A stretch of DNA of 64,000 nt from Candidatus Bathyarchaeota archaeon (GTDB taxonomy: Archaea; Thermoproteota; Bathyarchaeia; TCS64): positions 1 to 64,000 of the forward strand of contig JBDRQD010000006.1 in the NCBI GenBank assembly GCA_043826455.1. The letters are read 5' to 3'. Shown one piece after another: positions 37,722-47,078 of this stretch (position 1 is the first letter of the stretch; every line of letters begins with the position of its first letter). Made by a program: the position numbers and the translations under genes. The notes under the pieces are model-generated. The model ran no database searches and had not been told where the DNA came from. It was given only the letters and a program-made list of their open reading frames with translations.

Positions 37722-38185
37722 TCCCGGCCGAGCCTGGGGAGGACCTCCTCCTCGACCCACCTGACGCCCTTCATGGTGAGCCTGTACGCGCTACCCTTAC
37801 CCTCCGGCTGGAACACGTGGCCTCTGCGCCTCATCTCGTGGAGCCTTGCAGCCACCGTGATCTTCTTGCCGCTGCTGGCCAGCCGGTCCCGAATCGCCTT
37901 GCCAGTGGCCTCATGGTTCCTCATGGCGTACATTATCAGGCCCACGGCCTCATAGTGGCTCAGCTCCTCCCGCGTCACGATCGTCGGCCCATCTCGGCCC
38001 ACCCTCACGATGCCCTCCAGGACATCCTCGGCCTCCGCCGCGGCCACCTCGGCTAACCTGCCCTGGACAGCGGCCACGAACTCCCCGGTGAGCCAGCCCA
38101 GCCCCTCCATGACCTCCTCCGGGGACCCTCCTGAGACCTCCAGTTCACCGTACCCGGTCTTGACCCGCACCTTAAGCCGTGGCAA
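37718..38185 (-). CDS. Hypothetical protein: N-terminal beta-hairpin/helix domain plus C-terminal wHTH
   Basis: LKVRVKTGYGELEVSG N-terminus; ARL.EM.RRG.V....Y.LT.KG wing. Confidence 0.7.
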   Translation of the reverse strand: MPRLKVRVKTGYGELEVSGGSPEEVMEGLGWLTGEFVAAVQGRLAEVAAAEAEDVLEGIVRVGRDGPTIVTREELSHYEAVGLIMYAMRNHEATGKAIRDRLASSGKKITVAARLHEMRRRGHVFQPEGKGSAYRLTMKGVRWVEEEVLPRLGRD

Positions 38186-38648
38186 CCTTGGCCTCCTCCA
38201 CGTTCAGCAGGTACAGGTAGCCCCGCTTACTGTCCTTCCACCTGCGGAGGCTCCCCTTCTTCACCATCCAGACAAGGACGCCGCTGAGGGTGGTCTTGGG
38301 GAAGAATATGGCGTTGGCCTCCATGGCCTTCCTTAGCTCCCCGATGGCGCGGGGCGTCTTCCCCCAATCGGACCCCAGGAGGCTCTGCACGGCCTCACTG
38401 CACTGGTTGGTCCTTGAGATGTTAGGATACTTCTCTATGGAGGCCCCAGCCTCGGCCTTAGCCGGCTTGGGGTGGGGCACCTCAGCGTTGAAAGCCTTGG
38501 ACACCTTACCTATTATGAGGTCCAGGTCGTCCAGGGTGGCCAGCACCTCCTCCTTGGCTCCCCCCAGCTCCACCTCCACGTTGCCTATCCTGACCTTGAG
38601 GCGGAAAGAGGGCTCAGACATGGCAACACCCAGAACTTCTGATACCAT
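38172..38648 (-). CDS. Hypothetical protein: N-terminal beta-hairpin/helix domain plus C-terminal wHTH
   Basis: FRLKVRIGNVEVELGG N-terminus; TLSGVL..MVKKG.LRR.K...GY.Y. Confidence 0.7.
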   Translation of the reverse strand: MVSEVLGVAMSEPSFRLKVRIGNVEVELGGAKEEVLATLDDLDLIIGKVSKAFNAEVPHPKPAKAEAGASIEKYPNISRTNQCSEAVQSLLGSDWGKTPRAIGELRKAMEANAIFFPKTTLSGVLVWMVKKGSLRRWKDSKRGYLYLLNVEEAKVATA

Positions 38649-38675
38649 AATAAGCTCTAAGACCGTTTATAATAC

Positions 38676-40577
38676 TTATGGGGATTGGGTTTTATCCTTC
38701 AGAGCCGCCTGGAGCAGCCTCTGAACGTCCCTAGGCTGAGCCCTGCCCCGCACCTGCCCCATGACCACCCCCATGAGCGGCCCCATAGCCCCCATACCCC
38801 TCTCAGCCACCAGGCCCGCCCTCTCCTCCACCACAGCCCCTATGAGTGCCTCCAGCTCAGAGAGGCTCATGGCCTCCAGCCCCAGGGCCTTCAACGCGTC
38901 CCTGGCGCCGCTGCCCGGATGCTTGGCCAGCCAAGTCAGCACGTCGGGTAGTGCCTCCTTGGCCGTGGACCCCTCCTTGACCAAGGCGAAGGAGCCCCGG
39001 ATGGCGTCGTCTGTCAACGCCTCCACGGGGACGCCGTCGCGCCTCAGCCTAGTCAGGTCCTCCGTGAGGGTGACAGCCAGTAACGTGGTGCTGTGGCCTT
39101 CGGCAGAGAGCTCCTCGAAGAGGCCCATGTAGTCCGAGTCCACAGTCTGGGTGGCCAGCTTCTCGTTGAGCCCATGCTCCTTCATGAAGCGCCTGAGCTT
39201 CACCTCAGGCATCTCGGGAAGCCTCACCCTCAGCGCACTGATCCTCTCAGAAGTGATCTGGACGGGCTTGACATCCGTCTCAGGGTACATCCTGGCCGCC
39301 CCGGGGCGGGGCCTGGTGAACCGGGTAGTCCCGTCCGGGTTGGCAGCCCGAGTCTCGGCGGGCACCCCCATCAGGGCCATCCGGGCCCTGTCCACTACTG
39401 CCACCAGGGCGGCGGCGCACTTGTCGTGGTCGTCGGCCACGATGACAGCCGCGTCCCCCTCAGCAGCGTCCACTGCCTCTCTGAGGGCGCTGACCTCCTC
39501 CTCGGTGACGCTGTACCCGGGGAGTTCATCCGTGTGGAATATGCCCTTCACGTTGCCCATGAACTTGGCGTGGTCACTCATCTCGGTGCCCAGCCTCCTC
39601 CCAGGGCATAGCTCCTTTCCAGTGAGGCCCGCAAAGCCGGGCAGCTTGACAGCCAGCACGACGCCGCCCTTCTTGAGGGTGCCGCCCAGGACCTTGCTCT
39701 TGGTGCCCTTGAACACGCCCGAGACGTCCACATGCTCCTTCTTTAGCTGGTTCCCCTTTACTCCCCGTTTCTTGAGCTCCTCCGTGATCTCCAGGAGGGC
39801 CGCCTGGCGCATGGCCTCGTACTCGACCACCGTAGGCAGCAGCCCCAGGTCCTGGACACCCTTGATCTCTATGATGGCTCCGCCCCGGATGCTGACGTTC
39901 ACGTCCTGCCTGATGGTGCCCAGACCCCTCCGCACCATGCCCGTGGCCCTGAGGATGCCGCCTATGCGGGCAGCCGCCTCGTAAGCCTCCTGAGGCGTGT
40001 GTATCTCGGGGGCCGTGGTGATCTCTATGAGAGGGATGCCCAGCCGGTCCAGCCTGTAGGTGATGGTGTCCCCCTCCTCGCTGATCTTCCTCGCCGCGTC
40101 CTCCTCTACCGCCACCTGCTCCAAGTGGATCGTCTTGCCCGCGGCCTTGATCTCCCCGCCCAGGCTGACGACGCTGGTGCGCTGGAAGCCACCCGTGTTG
40201 CTGCCGTCCACCACCGTCTTCCTCATGACCTGAATCTCGTCAACAGGGGCACCCCCCGTCATCAGTGTGAAAGTGAGGGCTATGTCAACGGACTCCTCGT
40301 CCAGGGGCCCCGGAGGCTCCTCGTCCATCTCCACAAGGCAGTTAGTCTCGTGGTCCGCCAGATAGATGATGGTCTTGCCCTTGAGGAACTCGAAGAGGGC
40401 GGCGGGGTCGATCTCCCCCAGCTCGGACTGACTGGGCCTGAGCCTCCGCGTGAATGTGTAGTCGGGCTCCCTCTCGCTGAGCCTGGGGGGGCACGAGCAG
40501 AACAGCTTGTGCCGCGTGGCCAGCTCCTGGTGTATCTCTATGCCCACTGTGAGCCCCAGCTTCTTGTAGTCCATCAC
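38676..40577 (-). CDS. gatE: Glu-tRNA(Gln) amidotransferase subunit E
   Basis: GIEIHQEL, DGSNTGGFQRT, LDRLGIPLIEI, RRGLGTIRQDVN, RPGAARMYPETD. Confidence 0.98.
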   Translation of the reverse strand: MMDYKKLGLTVGIEIHQELATRHKLFCSCPPRLSEREPDYTFTRRLRPSQSELGEIDPAALFEFLKGKTIIYLADHETNCLVEMDEEPPGPLDEESVDIALTFTLMTGGAPVDEIQVMRKTVVDGSNTGGFQRTSVVSLGGEIKAAGKTIHLEQVAVEEDAARKISEEGDTITYRLDRLGIPLIEITTAPEIHTPQEAYEAAARIGGILRATGMVRRGLGTIRQDVNVSIRGGAIIEIKGVQDLGLLPTVVEYEAMRQAALLEITEELKKRGVKGNQLKKEHVDVSGVFKGTKSKVLGGTLKKGGVVLAVKLPGFAGLTGKELCPGRRLGTEMSDHAKFMGNVKGIFHTDELPGYSVTEEEVSALREAVDAAEGDAAVIVADDHDKCAAALVAVVDRARMALMGVPAETRAANPDGTTRFTRPRPGAARMYPETDVKPVQITSERISALRVRLPEMPEVKLRRFMKEHGLNEKLATQTVDSDYMGLFEELSAEGHSTTLLAVTLTEDLTRLRRDGVPVEALTDDAIRGSFALVKEGSTAKEALPDVLTWLAKHPGSGARDALKALGLEAMSLSELEALIGAVVEERAGLVAERGMGAMGPLMGVVMGQVRGRAQPRDVQRLLQAALKDKTQSP

Positions 40578-41905
40578 GCGGCACCTCCAAGGTACGGCGT
40601 CCTGGGGTTGAACTCCCCCACCAAGTTCGCGGTCAGCAGCCTCTTAGCCTCCTCATGGTCGTCGGTCTGTCCCAGGCACCACTTGAGCTTCACGTAGGCC
40701 GTCTCCCCGTGCATGTCCCCCAGGGGCACCGCGCCCCGGTCCACCAGCTCGCGACCGTGGCTGTAAACGTTGAGGTTGACGCGGCCCCAGATGCACTGGC
40801 TGGTGATGCCCACCACCACGCCTTCCTTTCTGGCCCTCGCCACGGCGGGCCAGAGGTTCTTGTTCACCTGGCCCAGGCCCGTGGCCTCGATGATGAGCCC
40901 CCTGTACCCCTCGTCCAGGTAGCGCTCCAGGAGTGTGAGGCTGAAGTCGGGATGGAACTTGATGAGCGCAACCCTGTCGCTGAACCTGTTGAGGAGCCTG
41001 GGCTCGCACTCTTGGCGCAGCCTGACCCTGTCGTTCAGCATCTCCAGCTTCCCGTCCCGGTACCTTGCCAGGGGCCAGTCGTTCACCGGCTGGAAAGCGT
41101 ACCTTGCGCTCGTGTGGCACTTCCGCACCTTGGTGCCCCGGATGTAGGAGATGCTGTCGTCGCTGGTGCCCTCGTGGAGCCCCACGCAGACCTCCGCGAA
41201 AGGCGCATTAGCCGCGGTGTATACGCCCCCCATGAGGTTGGTGGCGTTGTCGCTGCTGGGCCTGTCACTGCTCCTCTGGCTCCCCACGAAGACCACGGGC
41301 ACGGGCAGGTCCTGGAGCGCGAAGCTGAGGGCCGCGCTGCTGTACGCCATGGTGTCCGTGCCGTGGGTGAATATGACCCCGCTGGCCCCCGCCCTGATCT
41401 TGTCGTGCGCTCGCTTCGCCATTCCCGCCCAGTGCTCGCTGCCTATGTCCTCGCTGAAGACACTGTACAGGATGTCAGCCTCCACGTCAGCCACCTCCGT
41501 CAGCTCAGGCACTATGCCCAGGAGGTCGCGGCTGGTCATGGCAGACACGACGCCGCCGGTCACGTAGTCCACCCTGCTGGCGATGGTTCCCCCGGTGCTG
41601 ATGATGCTCACCCTGGGCAGCCCCTTCTTGGCCTGGGGTAGCGGCGGCTGCCTGAACTCGGGCTTCGGCGCCACACCCACCTTCTCTATCTTCATCCCGC
41701 TGGTGTAGGCGACGCCGATGTTGTACCCCGATTTGAGCTTGATGACGAGGTGCCTGTCGTCGTAGCTCTCAACCCTGGGCATCAGGCTCCCTTCGTACCG
41801 CTGGTTGTTGACAGTGACTGCCAGCTTGTCCCCTATCTCCGCCCCCGCCCCGGCGAGGGCCTCACGCAGTTTTCCGCGGTACCCGGTGAGCCTGTCCTCA
41901 GTCAT
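40574..41905 (-). CDS. gatD: Glu-tRNA(Gln) amidotransferase subunit D
   Basis: KLKSGYNIG, STGGTIASRVDY.TG, HGTDTM, SQRSSDRPSSD. Confidence 0.98.
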   Translation of the reverse strand: MTEDRLTGYRGKLREALAGAGAEIGDKLAVTVNNQRYEGSLMPRVESYDDRHLVIKLKSGYNIGVAYTSGMKIEKVGVAPKPEFRQPPLPQAKKGLPRVSIISTGGTIASRVDYVTGGVVSAMTSRDLLGIVPELTEVADVEADILYSVFSEDIGSEHWAGMAKRAHDKIRAGASGVIFTHGTDTMAYSSAALSFALQDLPVPVVFVGSQRSSDRPSSDNATNLMGGVYTAANAPFAEVCVGLHEGTSDDSISYIRGTKVRKCHTSARYAFQPVNDWPLARYRDGKLEMLNDRVRLRQECEPRLLNRFSDRVALIKFHPDFSLTLLERYLDEGYRGLIIEATGLGQVNKNLWPAVARARKEGVVVGITSQCIWGRVNLNVYSHGRELVDRGAVPLGDMHGETAYVKLKWCLGQTDDHEEAKRLLTANLVGEFNPRTPYLGGAA

Positions 41906-41950
41906 GTGAATCAGAGAAGTTTACTCTCTTCCGATTAATAATAGGCGTGG

Positions 41951-42280
41951 TCAGATCATCTGGAGGTAGGTGCGCTTGGTGGGCCTGTAGTTGCCTGGGC
42001 CCAGAAGCGCCTGAAGCCTGTTCCAGAGCTCCGTGATCCTTGGGTCCTCCCTGATGGCCGAGGACACCATCTTGTAGTGGTCTTGGTCGCTGAACCTGTT
42101 GATCTCCAGCCACCTACGGGGGTCCTTCTCGTCCCTGTACAGCTCGACCTTGAGGCAGCCCAGCTCCAAGTATATATCGATGGCCTGCTTCTCCAGCTTC
42201 ACGTACTCTATGCTCTTCTCCTTAGGAATCCGGTACTGGTAGACCACCGTGTACAATGCGCTCCCCCAGACTAGGGACAC
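41951..42280 (-). CDS. Dimeric alpha/beta-barrel protein (DUF1428/NIPSNAP-like)
   Basis: YRIP....EY...E..A..IY.E.G, W.EI.RF pattern; within the elp3-gatD run. Confidence 0.55.
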   Translation of the reverse strand: MSLVWGSALYTVVYQYRIPKEKSIEYVKLEKQAIDIYLELGCLKVELYRDEKDPRRWLEINRFSDQDHYKMVSSAIREDPRITELWNRLQALLGPGNYRPTKRTYLQMI

Positions 42281-42301
42281 GGCTCGGGATAAAAACGCAT
42301 C

Positions 42302-43864
42302 TCACAGGGGCTTAGATACGTATGGGCCGTCCTTCACGTAGCCCAGCCTCCGGTAGTACTCCTTGGTGCCCAGGGCGCTCATCACCACCATCCGCTTCAT
42401 GCCGCGGTCCGCGGCCGCCCTCTCAGCCTCCTCCATGAGGGCCTCTCCCCAGCCCCTGTGCTGCCAGTCAACCCCAGGCGCGCCCACGGGGGTCATGCTC
42501 CCGTAGACGTGGAGCTCCCGCACCAGGCCCGTGTCCACGGTGATCTCGGGCCTGAAAGCATCCTCCGAGGGTAGCCTGAGCCTGAGGAAACCCACCAGGA
42601 CGTCGTTCTCAGGGTCCTCCACACTGATGAAATCCTCGGTTCCGCCCGACGCCTCGTAGACTCTGTGGACCATGTCCAGGGCTTCTGGCTCCACGCCCTC
42701 CCTGGCCCTGTGCCCCGCCTCCCTGCACCTGATGCACCGGCACCTTGAGCCGCGCTCCCTGAGCCGCTCTTGGGCCAGCTGCCGGAGGTTACTCTTGTCC
42801 ACACCGGCCTCGATCTGGTGGACAGGGATGTCCCTCTGGACCCTCATTATCCTGACCCAGGGAGGTACCATCTCCTTGACTCGAGCCACCAGCTCTGCGG
42901 CCTCCTCGGTGGCTAGGGGCGTGTACTCACCGCGCCGCCACCACTCGTACAGCTTGGTGCCCTTAACCACCAGGGTCGGGTATATCTTGAGCATATCAGG
43001 CTTGAAGGCCGGGTCCTCGAAGACCCTGCGGAACCCCTCCAGGTCCCGCTCAGGGGTTGAGCCCGGCAGCCCAGGCATCATGTGGTAGCAAACTTTCAGG
43101 GCCGAGTCCTTCAGCCGACGGGTCCCGTCCACCACGTCCCTAACCGTATGGCCCCTGTCCACCAGCCTGTAAAGGTCGTCGTAGATGTTCTGGACCCCCA
43201 CCTCCACGCGGGTCACCCCCAGACCCAGCATGGCGTCGATGTCCTGCTGCGCTAGGCAGTCGGGCCGGGTCTCCACGGTTATCCCCACGTTCCTGATCTC
43301 TGAGGAATCGGCTTGGAGCTTGGCCTCCTCCAGGCTCCCCGACTCTGCGCCGTTCATGGCGTCCAGGCAGCCCTCCACGAACCACTCCTGGTAGCCGCGG
43401 GGGCTGGCCGGGAAGGTGCCCCCCATGATGATGAGGTCGACCTTGTCCACGGTGTGGCCTATGGCGCGCAGCTGCTCGATGCGGCTCCGCACCTGAGCGC
43501 CTGGATCAAACATGTTCTGGGCGCCCCTCATGGCGGCGGGCTCGTGACCCGTGTAGCTCTGGGGGCTCCCCGCCTCCGGGCCACCCGGGCAGTAGGCGCA
43601 CCTGCCGTGGGGGCAGGGATACGGCTCCGTCATGACGGCCACCACGTTGACGCCGCTGATAGCTCGGGACGCCTTACGCCTCAGCAGGGGGATGAGCCGC
43701 TCCCGCTCCTCGGGCCTCAGCGCCGCGATGATCTCCGAGTTGCCGGGAATCCTGCCCAAGGAATACTTCCTCGTGGCCCTGTACTTGGCCACGTCCAGGT
43801 CCTCCCTGGTAGGCTCATCCAGGTAAAGAAGCGTCTCAATTATCTCTCGGAGAGCGGCGTCCAA
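42302..43864 (-). CDS. elp3: Elp3 tRNA uridine(34) acetyltransferase (radical SAM plus GNAT)
   Basis: CPHGRCAYCPGG, QSYTG.EP, ETRPD, KIYPTLV, RELHVYG, WQHRGWG; start inferred at TTG 43864. Confidence 0.96.
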   Translation of the reverse strand: MDAALREIIETLLYLDEPTREDLDVAKYRATRKYSLGRIPGNSEIIAALRPEERERLIPLLRRKASRAISGVNVVAVMTEPYPCPHGRCAYCPGGPEAGSPQSYTGHEPAAMRGAQNMFDPGAQVRSRIEQLRAIGHTVDKVDLIIMGGTFPASPRGYQEWFVEGCLDAMNGAESGSLEEAKLQADSSEIRNVGITVETRPDCLAQQDIDAMLGLGVTRVEVGVQNIYDDLYRLVDRGHTVRDVVDGTRRLKDSALKVCYHMMPGLPGSTPERDLEGFRRVFEDPAFKPDMLKIYPTLVVKGTKLYEWWRRGEYTPLATEEAAELVARVKEMVPPWVRIMRVQRDIPVHQIEAGVDKSNLRQLAQERLRERGSRCRCIRCREAGHRAREGVEPEALDMVHRVYEASGGTEDFISVEDPENDVLVGFLRLRLPSEDAFRPEITVDTGLVRELHVYGSMTPVGAPGVDWQHRGWGEALMEEAERAAADRGMKRMVVMSALGTKEYYRRLGYVKDGPYVSKPL

Positions 43865-43902
43865 GTCGAGTTGAAGAAAAACAGGTTTGTTAAAAAGGTT
43901 AT

Positions 43903-45096
43903 CTAGAGGATTGTGAGGCTCTCGATGTCCCTGGGGTAGTAGGTGAGCCACTCGCAGCCGTCCCCGGTCACCAGCAGGGTGTCGCTGTGCCTGAAACCAG
44001 CATACCCCAACTCGTAGACGCCGGGCTCTATGCTCACCACCATCCCCGGCTCCAGGGGCTGCGGGTTCCCCTGATCCAAGTAGGGAGGCTCGTGGCCCAG
44101 GAGGCCCAGGCCGTGGCCCGAGTGGTGCCTGACCAGCTCCCAGTAACCTGCATCCCTAATCACCTTGTTAGCCGCTTTATCCACGTCGGCGCAGGTGTTC
44201 CCCGGCTTCAACGCGTCCGCGGCCGCCTCCTGGGCCCTGCACATGACCTTGAAGAGCTTCCCCATCTTGGCGGTGGGCTTCCCCACGATCATGGTGCGCT
44301 CCAGCTCAGAGCCGTAGCCCCCCACGTCGGCCCCGGCCCCGGTGACGAGGACGTCCCCCTCCTCGATCATCTTACCGATGCTGATGCTGTGAGGCATCGC
44401 AGACTTCCAGCCCACCTGGCCCCTGTACCCGGCGCCGCAGGGCCGCCCCTTCAAGGTCTCATACTCCGGCCCCAGCGTCTTCTTCATGATACCTGAGGCC
44501 TCCAGAGTGGCCATGAGACTCACCTCGGCGTCCCAGAGGCCGGGCCTTGTGTACTCCTGAAGGAGCTGGTGGGCCAGGTTGCCCCACTTGCAGCTCTCCC
44601 TGATGAGCTCCACCTCCTCCTCCGACTTGAGGAGCTTCATGTCCCACATGTACTGGTCGTCCTTCACCAGCTCGGCCTCCTTCAGCAGGTCCTTGAGGGG
44701 CGTGCCCACGTACCCCATGGTGCCCCCGGCCCCAGCCGGGTTATCTGTGCCTATCCGGGCCTTGCCGAGGTCCCTGTCGGTGATCCACTGGGCGAACCGC
44801 TCTATGGGGTGCTTCTCCCCCGGGTAGTCCAGGTAGGTGAGGCAGTCGCCCACGAGGGGCGTCTGGTGGCGCAGGTGGTCGGCCTCCAAGAGAGGTCCCA
44901 TGAATGTGGGCTTGCCGTCGGGCTCCACCAGGAGGGCGGCGGGGCGCTCCGTGACCATGTGGTAGAAGTGGCTGAGGTAGAAGATGCTGGTCCCGTTGGT
45001 GACCAGGTACGCGTCCATGTTCTCCTGCTTCATGTGTTCTCTGAGCTTCTCCAGCCTCTTCCCGTACTCTCTCCAGCTTATCCTGAGCTTGGGCAT
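43903..45096 (-). CDS. M24 Xaa-Pro peptidase / creatinase-family protein
   Basis: KSEEE, PH, GY.SELERT, GHGLGL..HEPP, SIEPG.Y, RHSDT. Confidence 0.9.
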   Translation of the reverse strand: MPKLRISWREYGKRLEKLREHMKQENMDAYLVTNGTSIFYLSHFYHMVTERPAALLVEPDGKPTFMGPLLEADHLRHQTPLVGDCLTYLDYPGEKHPIERFAQWITDRDLGKARIGTDNPAGAGGTMGYVGTPLKDLLKEAELVKDDQYMWDMKLLKSEEEVELIRESCKWGNLAHQLLQEYTRPGLWDAEVSLMATLEASGIMKKTLGPEYETLKGRPCGAGYRGQVGWKSAMPHSISIGKMIEEGDVLVTGAGADVGGYGSELERTMIVGKPTAKMGKLFKVMCRAQEAAADALKPGNTCADVDKAANKVIRDAGYWELVRHHSGHGLGLLGHEPPYLDQGNPQPLEPGMVVSIEPGVYELGYAGFRHSDTLLVTGDGCEWLTYYPRDIESLTIL

Positions 45097-45165
45097 CTCG
45101 AGTCAGAGAAAACTGGGGTTTAGGAGATAAAACATCATCGAGGAGGTAAAGATGGGTGCGCCCCG

Positions 45166-46602
45166 CTACTGGGGCTGCTTCTTCAGCTGGTCCAGCGGTG
45201 GCTTCAGGCCAGCGGGGAGGGGGCATATGTATTCGCGGCTCTTCATCTGCCTGGCCCACTCGTCCTTCGACCTCTGAAGCAGCTTCTTATCCGACAGGAG
45301 GTCGATGACGGTGCCAGCCATCACCTTCGACGCGAATACGGTGCTCTTCTGGCCTAAACTTGTGCCGTTACTAGCCGTGTTCTGCCAGCTGTGGCCCGCC
45401 GCGCCCACGATGGTGTAAACGGTCCTGAACTGGACCGTGGGCGTGTTCCAGGCCACGTCGGCCACGTCGCTGCTGCCTCCCCCCTTGGTGCCCTCCCCGA
45501 CGGGGTCGTATATCCTGGTGTTGAGGTTCACATCCATGAGGTCCATGGCGTCGGGCAGGCTGCTGCTCATCAACCCCACCTTCTTCTTCTCGCGTGGGAT
45601 ACTCTTAGCCAGCTCGGCGGCGAACTCCTCCTCATCCTCCGAGTAGGTGGGCGCACCCACCAGCCTCATGTTGGCTATCGCTGTCTCGCCCAGCACACGG
45701 TTCTCCATGCCGTTGTGGACGCCGCTCAGGAACGTGACCTTGTGGGTTGTGCCCACCATCTTGTCCGCCCCGTCCGCGATGTCCAGTATCTTTAGGTAGT
45801 ACATATCCACAAGCTCCCGCTCCGGCGCCCGCACGTAGTACCAGCTGCGGGCGTAGGGGGGCACCACGTTGGGCTCGTGGCCCCCATCCTCCACCACGTA
45901 GTGGATCCTAGTCTCCTGGACCACGTGCTCACGCATATAGTTAACCCCGATGTTCATGAGCTCCACGGCGTCCATGGCGCTCACCCCCTGCTCGGGGCTG
46001 CCCGCCGCGTGGCTGGCCACCCCATAGAACTCGAACTTGACGCTGTTCATGGCGTTCCCGCTGCGGAGGCTGACGCCGTTGAAGCTGCTGGGGTGGTGGC
46101 CAACGCAGGCGTCCACGCCGTCGAAGACGCCGTCACGGACCATGAACACCTTGCCGACGAGGGTCTCCTCGGCGGGGCAGCCGAAGACCTTCACGGTGCC
46201 CTTCACCAGGCCCTTGTCCATGGCCGCCTTGACCGCCAGTGCGCCCCCCAGGGCGGTGACGGCGTAACCGTTGTGGCCGCAGCCGTGGCCGGCGCCCCCC
46301 TCCACCAGGGGCTCCTTGTAGGGCACCGGCTTATTGCTGATGCCGGGGAGGGCGTCCAGCTCACCCATGACCCCTATGACCGGCTTCCCCTTCCCGTAGG
46401 TGGCCACGAAGGCGCTGGGCATCCCGGCGACGCCCCGCGTCACACTGAACCCCTCCTTCCTGAGGACATCCGTGAGGAGGTCGGCGGTCCTGTTCTCCTG
46501 GAGGCCCACCTCGGCCAGCTCCCATATCCGCATGTGGTGGTCCACCAGCATGCGTTCGTGCTGGTCGACCCAGTCCCACGCTACTCGCTTAGACTCTGAC
46601 AA
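45166..46602 (-). CDS. M20 amidohydrolase, AbgB-like (p-aminobenzoyl-glutamate hydrolase subunit B family)
   Basis: GELDALPG, GHGCGHN, GCPAEE, ASHAA..PE.G.SA.DAVELM..G..YMREH, GSSDV.DV.W, HSWQ. Confidence 0.9.
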   Translation of the reverse strand: MSESKRVAWDWVDQHERMLVDHHMRIWELAEVGLQENRTADLLTDVLRKEGFSVTRGVAGMPSAFVATYGKGKPVIGVMGELDALPGISNKPVPYKEPLVEGGAGHGCGHNGYAVTALGGALAVKAAMDKGLVKGTVKVFGCPAEETLVGKVFMVRDGVFDGVDACVGHHPSSFNGVSLRSGNAMNSVKFEFYGVASHAAGSPEQGVSAMDAVELMNIGVNYMREHVVQETRIHYVVEDGGHEPNVVPPYARSWYYVRAPERELVDMYYLKILDIADGADKMVGTTHKVTFLSGVHNGMENRVLGETAIANMRLVGAPTYSEDEEEFAAELAKSIPREKKKVGLMSSSLPDAMDLMDVNLNTRIYDPVGEGTKGGGSSDVADVAWNTPTVQFRTVYTIVGAAGHSWQNTASNGTSLGQKSTVFASKVMAGTVIDLLSDKKLLQRSKDEWARQMKSREYICPLPAGLKPPLDQLKKQPQ

Positions 46603-46653
46603 ACGTCACACCTGGTATAGGTTGGGGGAGGTTGTATTAACCTGTAACGAGTA

Positions 46654-46998
46654 GAGTGGAGTCGAGGTTCGTATACTGGGTCAACCGCTTTCCCCCTTTT
46701 TTGTGTCCAATCAACACGTAATGGTACCGTTTTCTCTTAGTTAGCGACCCTGAAGAAAATCCGGTCTTCTGGAGATGGGTGTGGTTCAGCGGAAAGAAGT
46801 AATGGTACCATTATTCTCTGGGAGTTATGGGGCCATCACGTTAACAGGAGATAATGGTACCATTACTTCACTGAGGTGAGCGCCACTTTGAAGCTGGCAG
46901 ACAAAAATTGTACCATTTCCCCGCGGAGAGTAAGGCGCCACTAAACCATCACAGTATAATGGTACCATTTTACTCTAGATGAGCCATCGACTCCACTC
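46654..46998. repeat. Palindrome array 1: five AATGGTACCATT-type cores bounded by 12-bp inverted repeats
   Basis: Cores at 46720, 46801, 46853, 46906, 46958; GAGTGGAGTCGA (46654-46665) and TCGACTCCACTC (46987-46998). Confidence 0.9.
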
Positions 46999-47078
46999 GG
47001 AAGCGTGAACACGGTCCAGTGCTTGCCTGATCCATCTCGTCGGGTCCTCATGAAAAGGAAATAAAAACTACGATGTTT

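Noticed and set aside
46720..46969. CRISPR array interpretation of the palindrome arrays (also 60160-60364)
   Set aside because: The conserved core is only 12-14 bp, the spacers are mutually related, spacing is partly irregular, and there is no cas gene or leader in the window.
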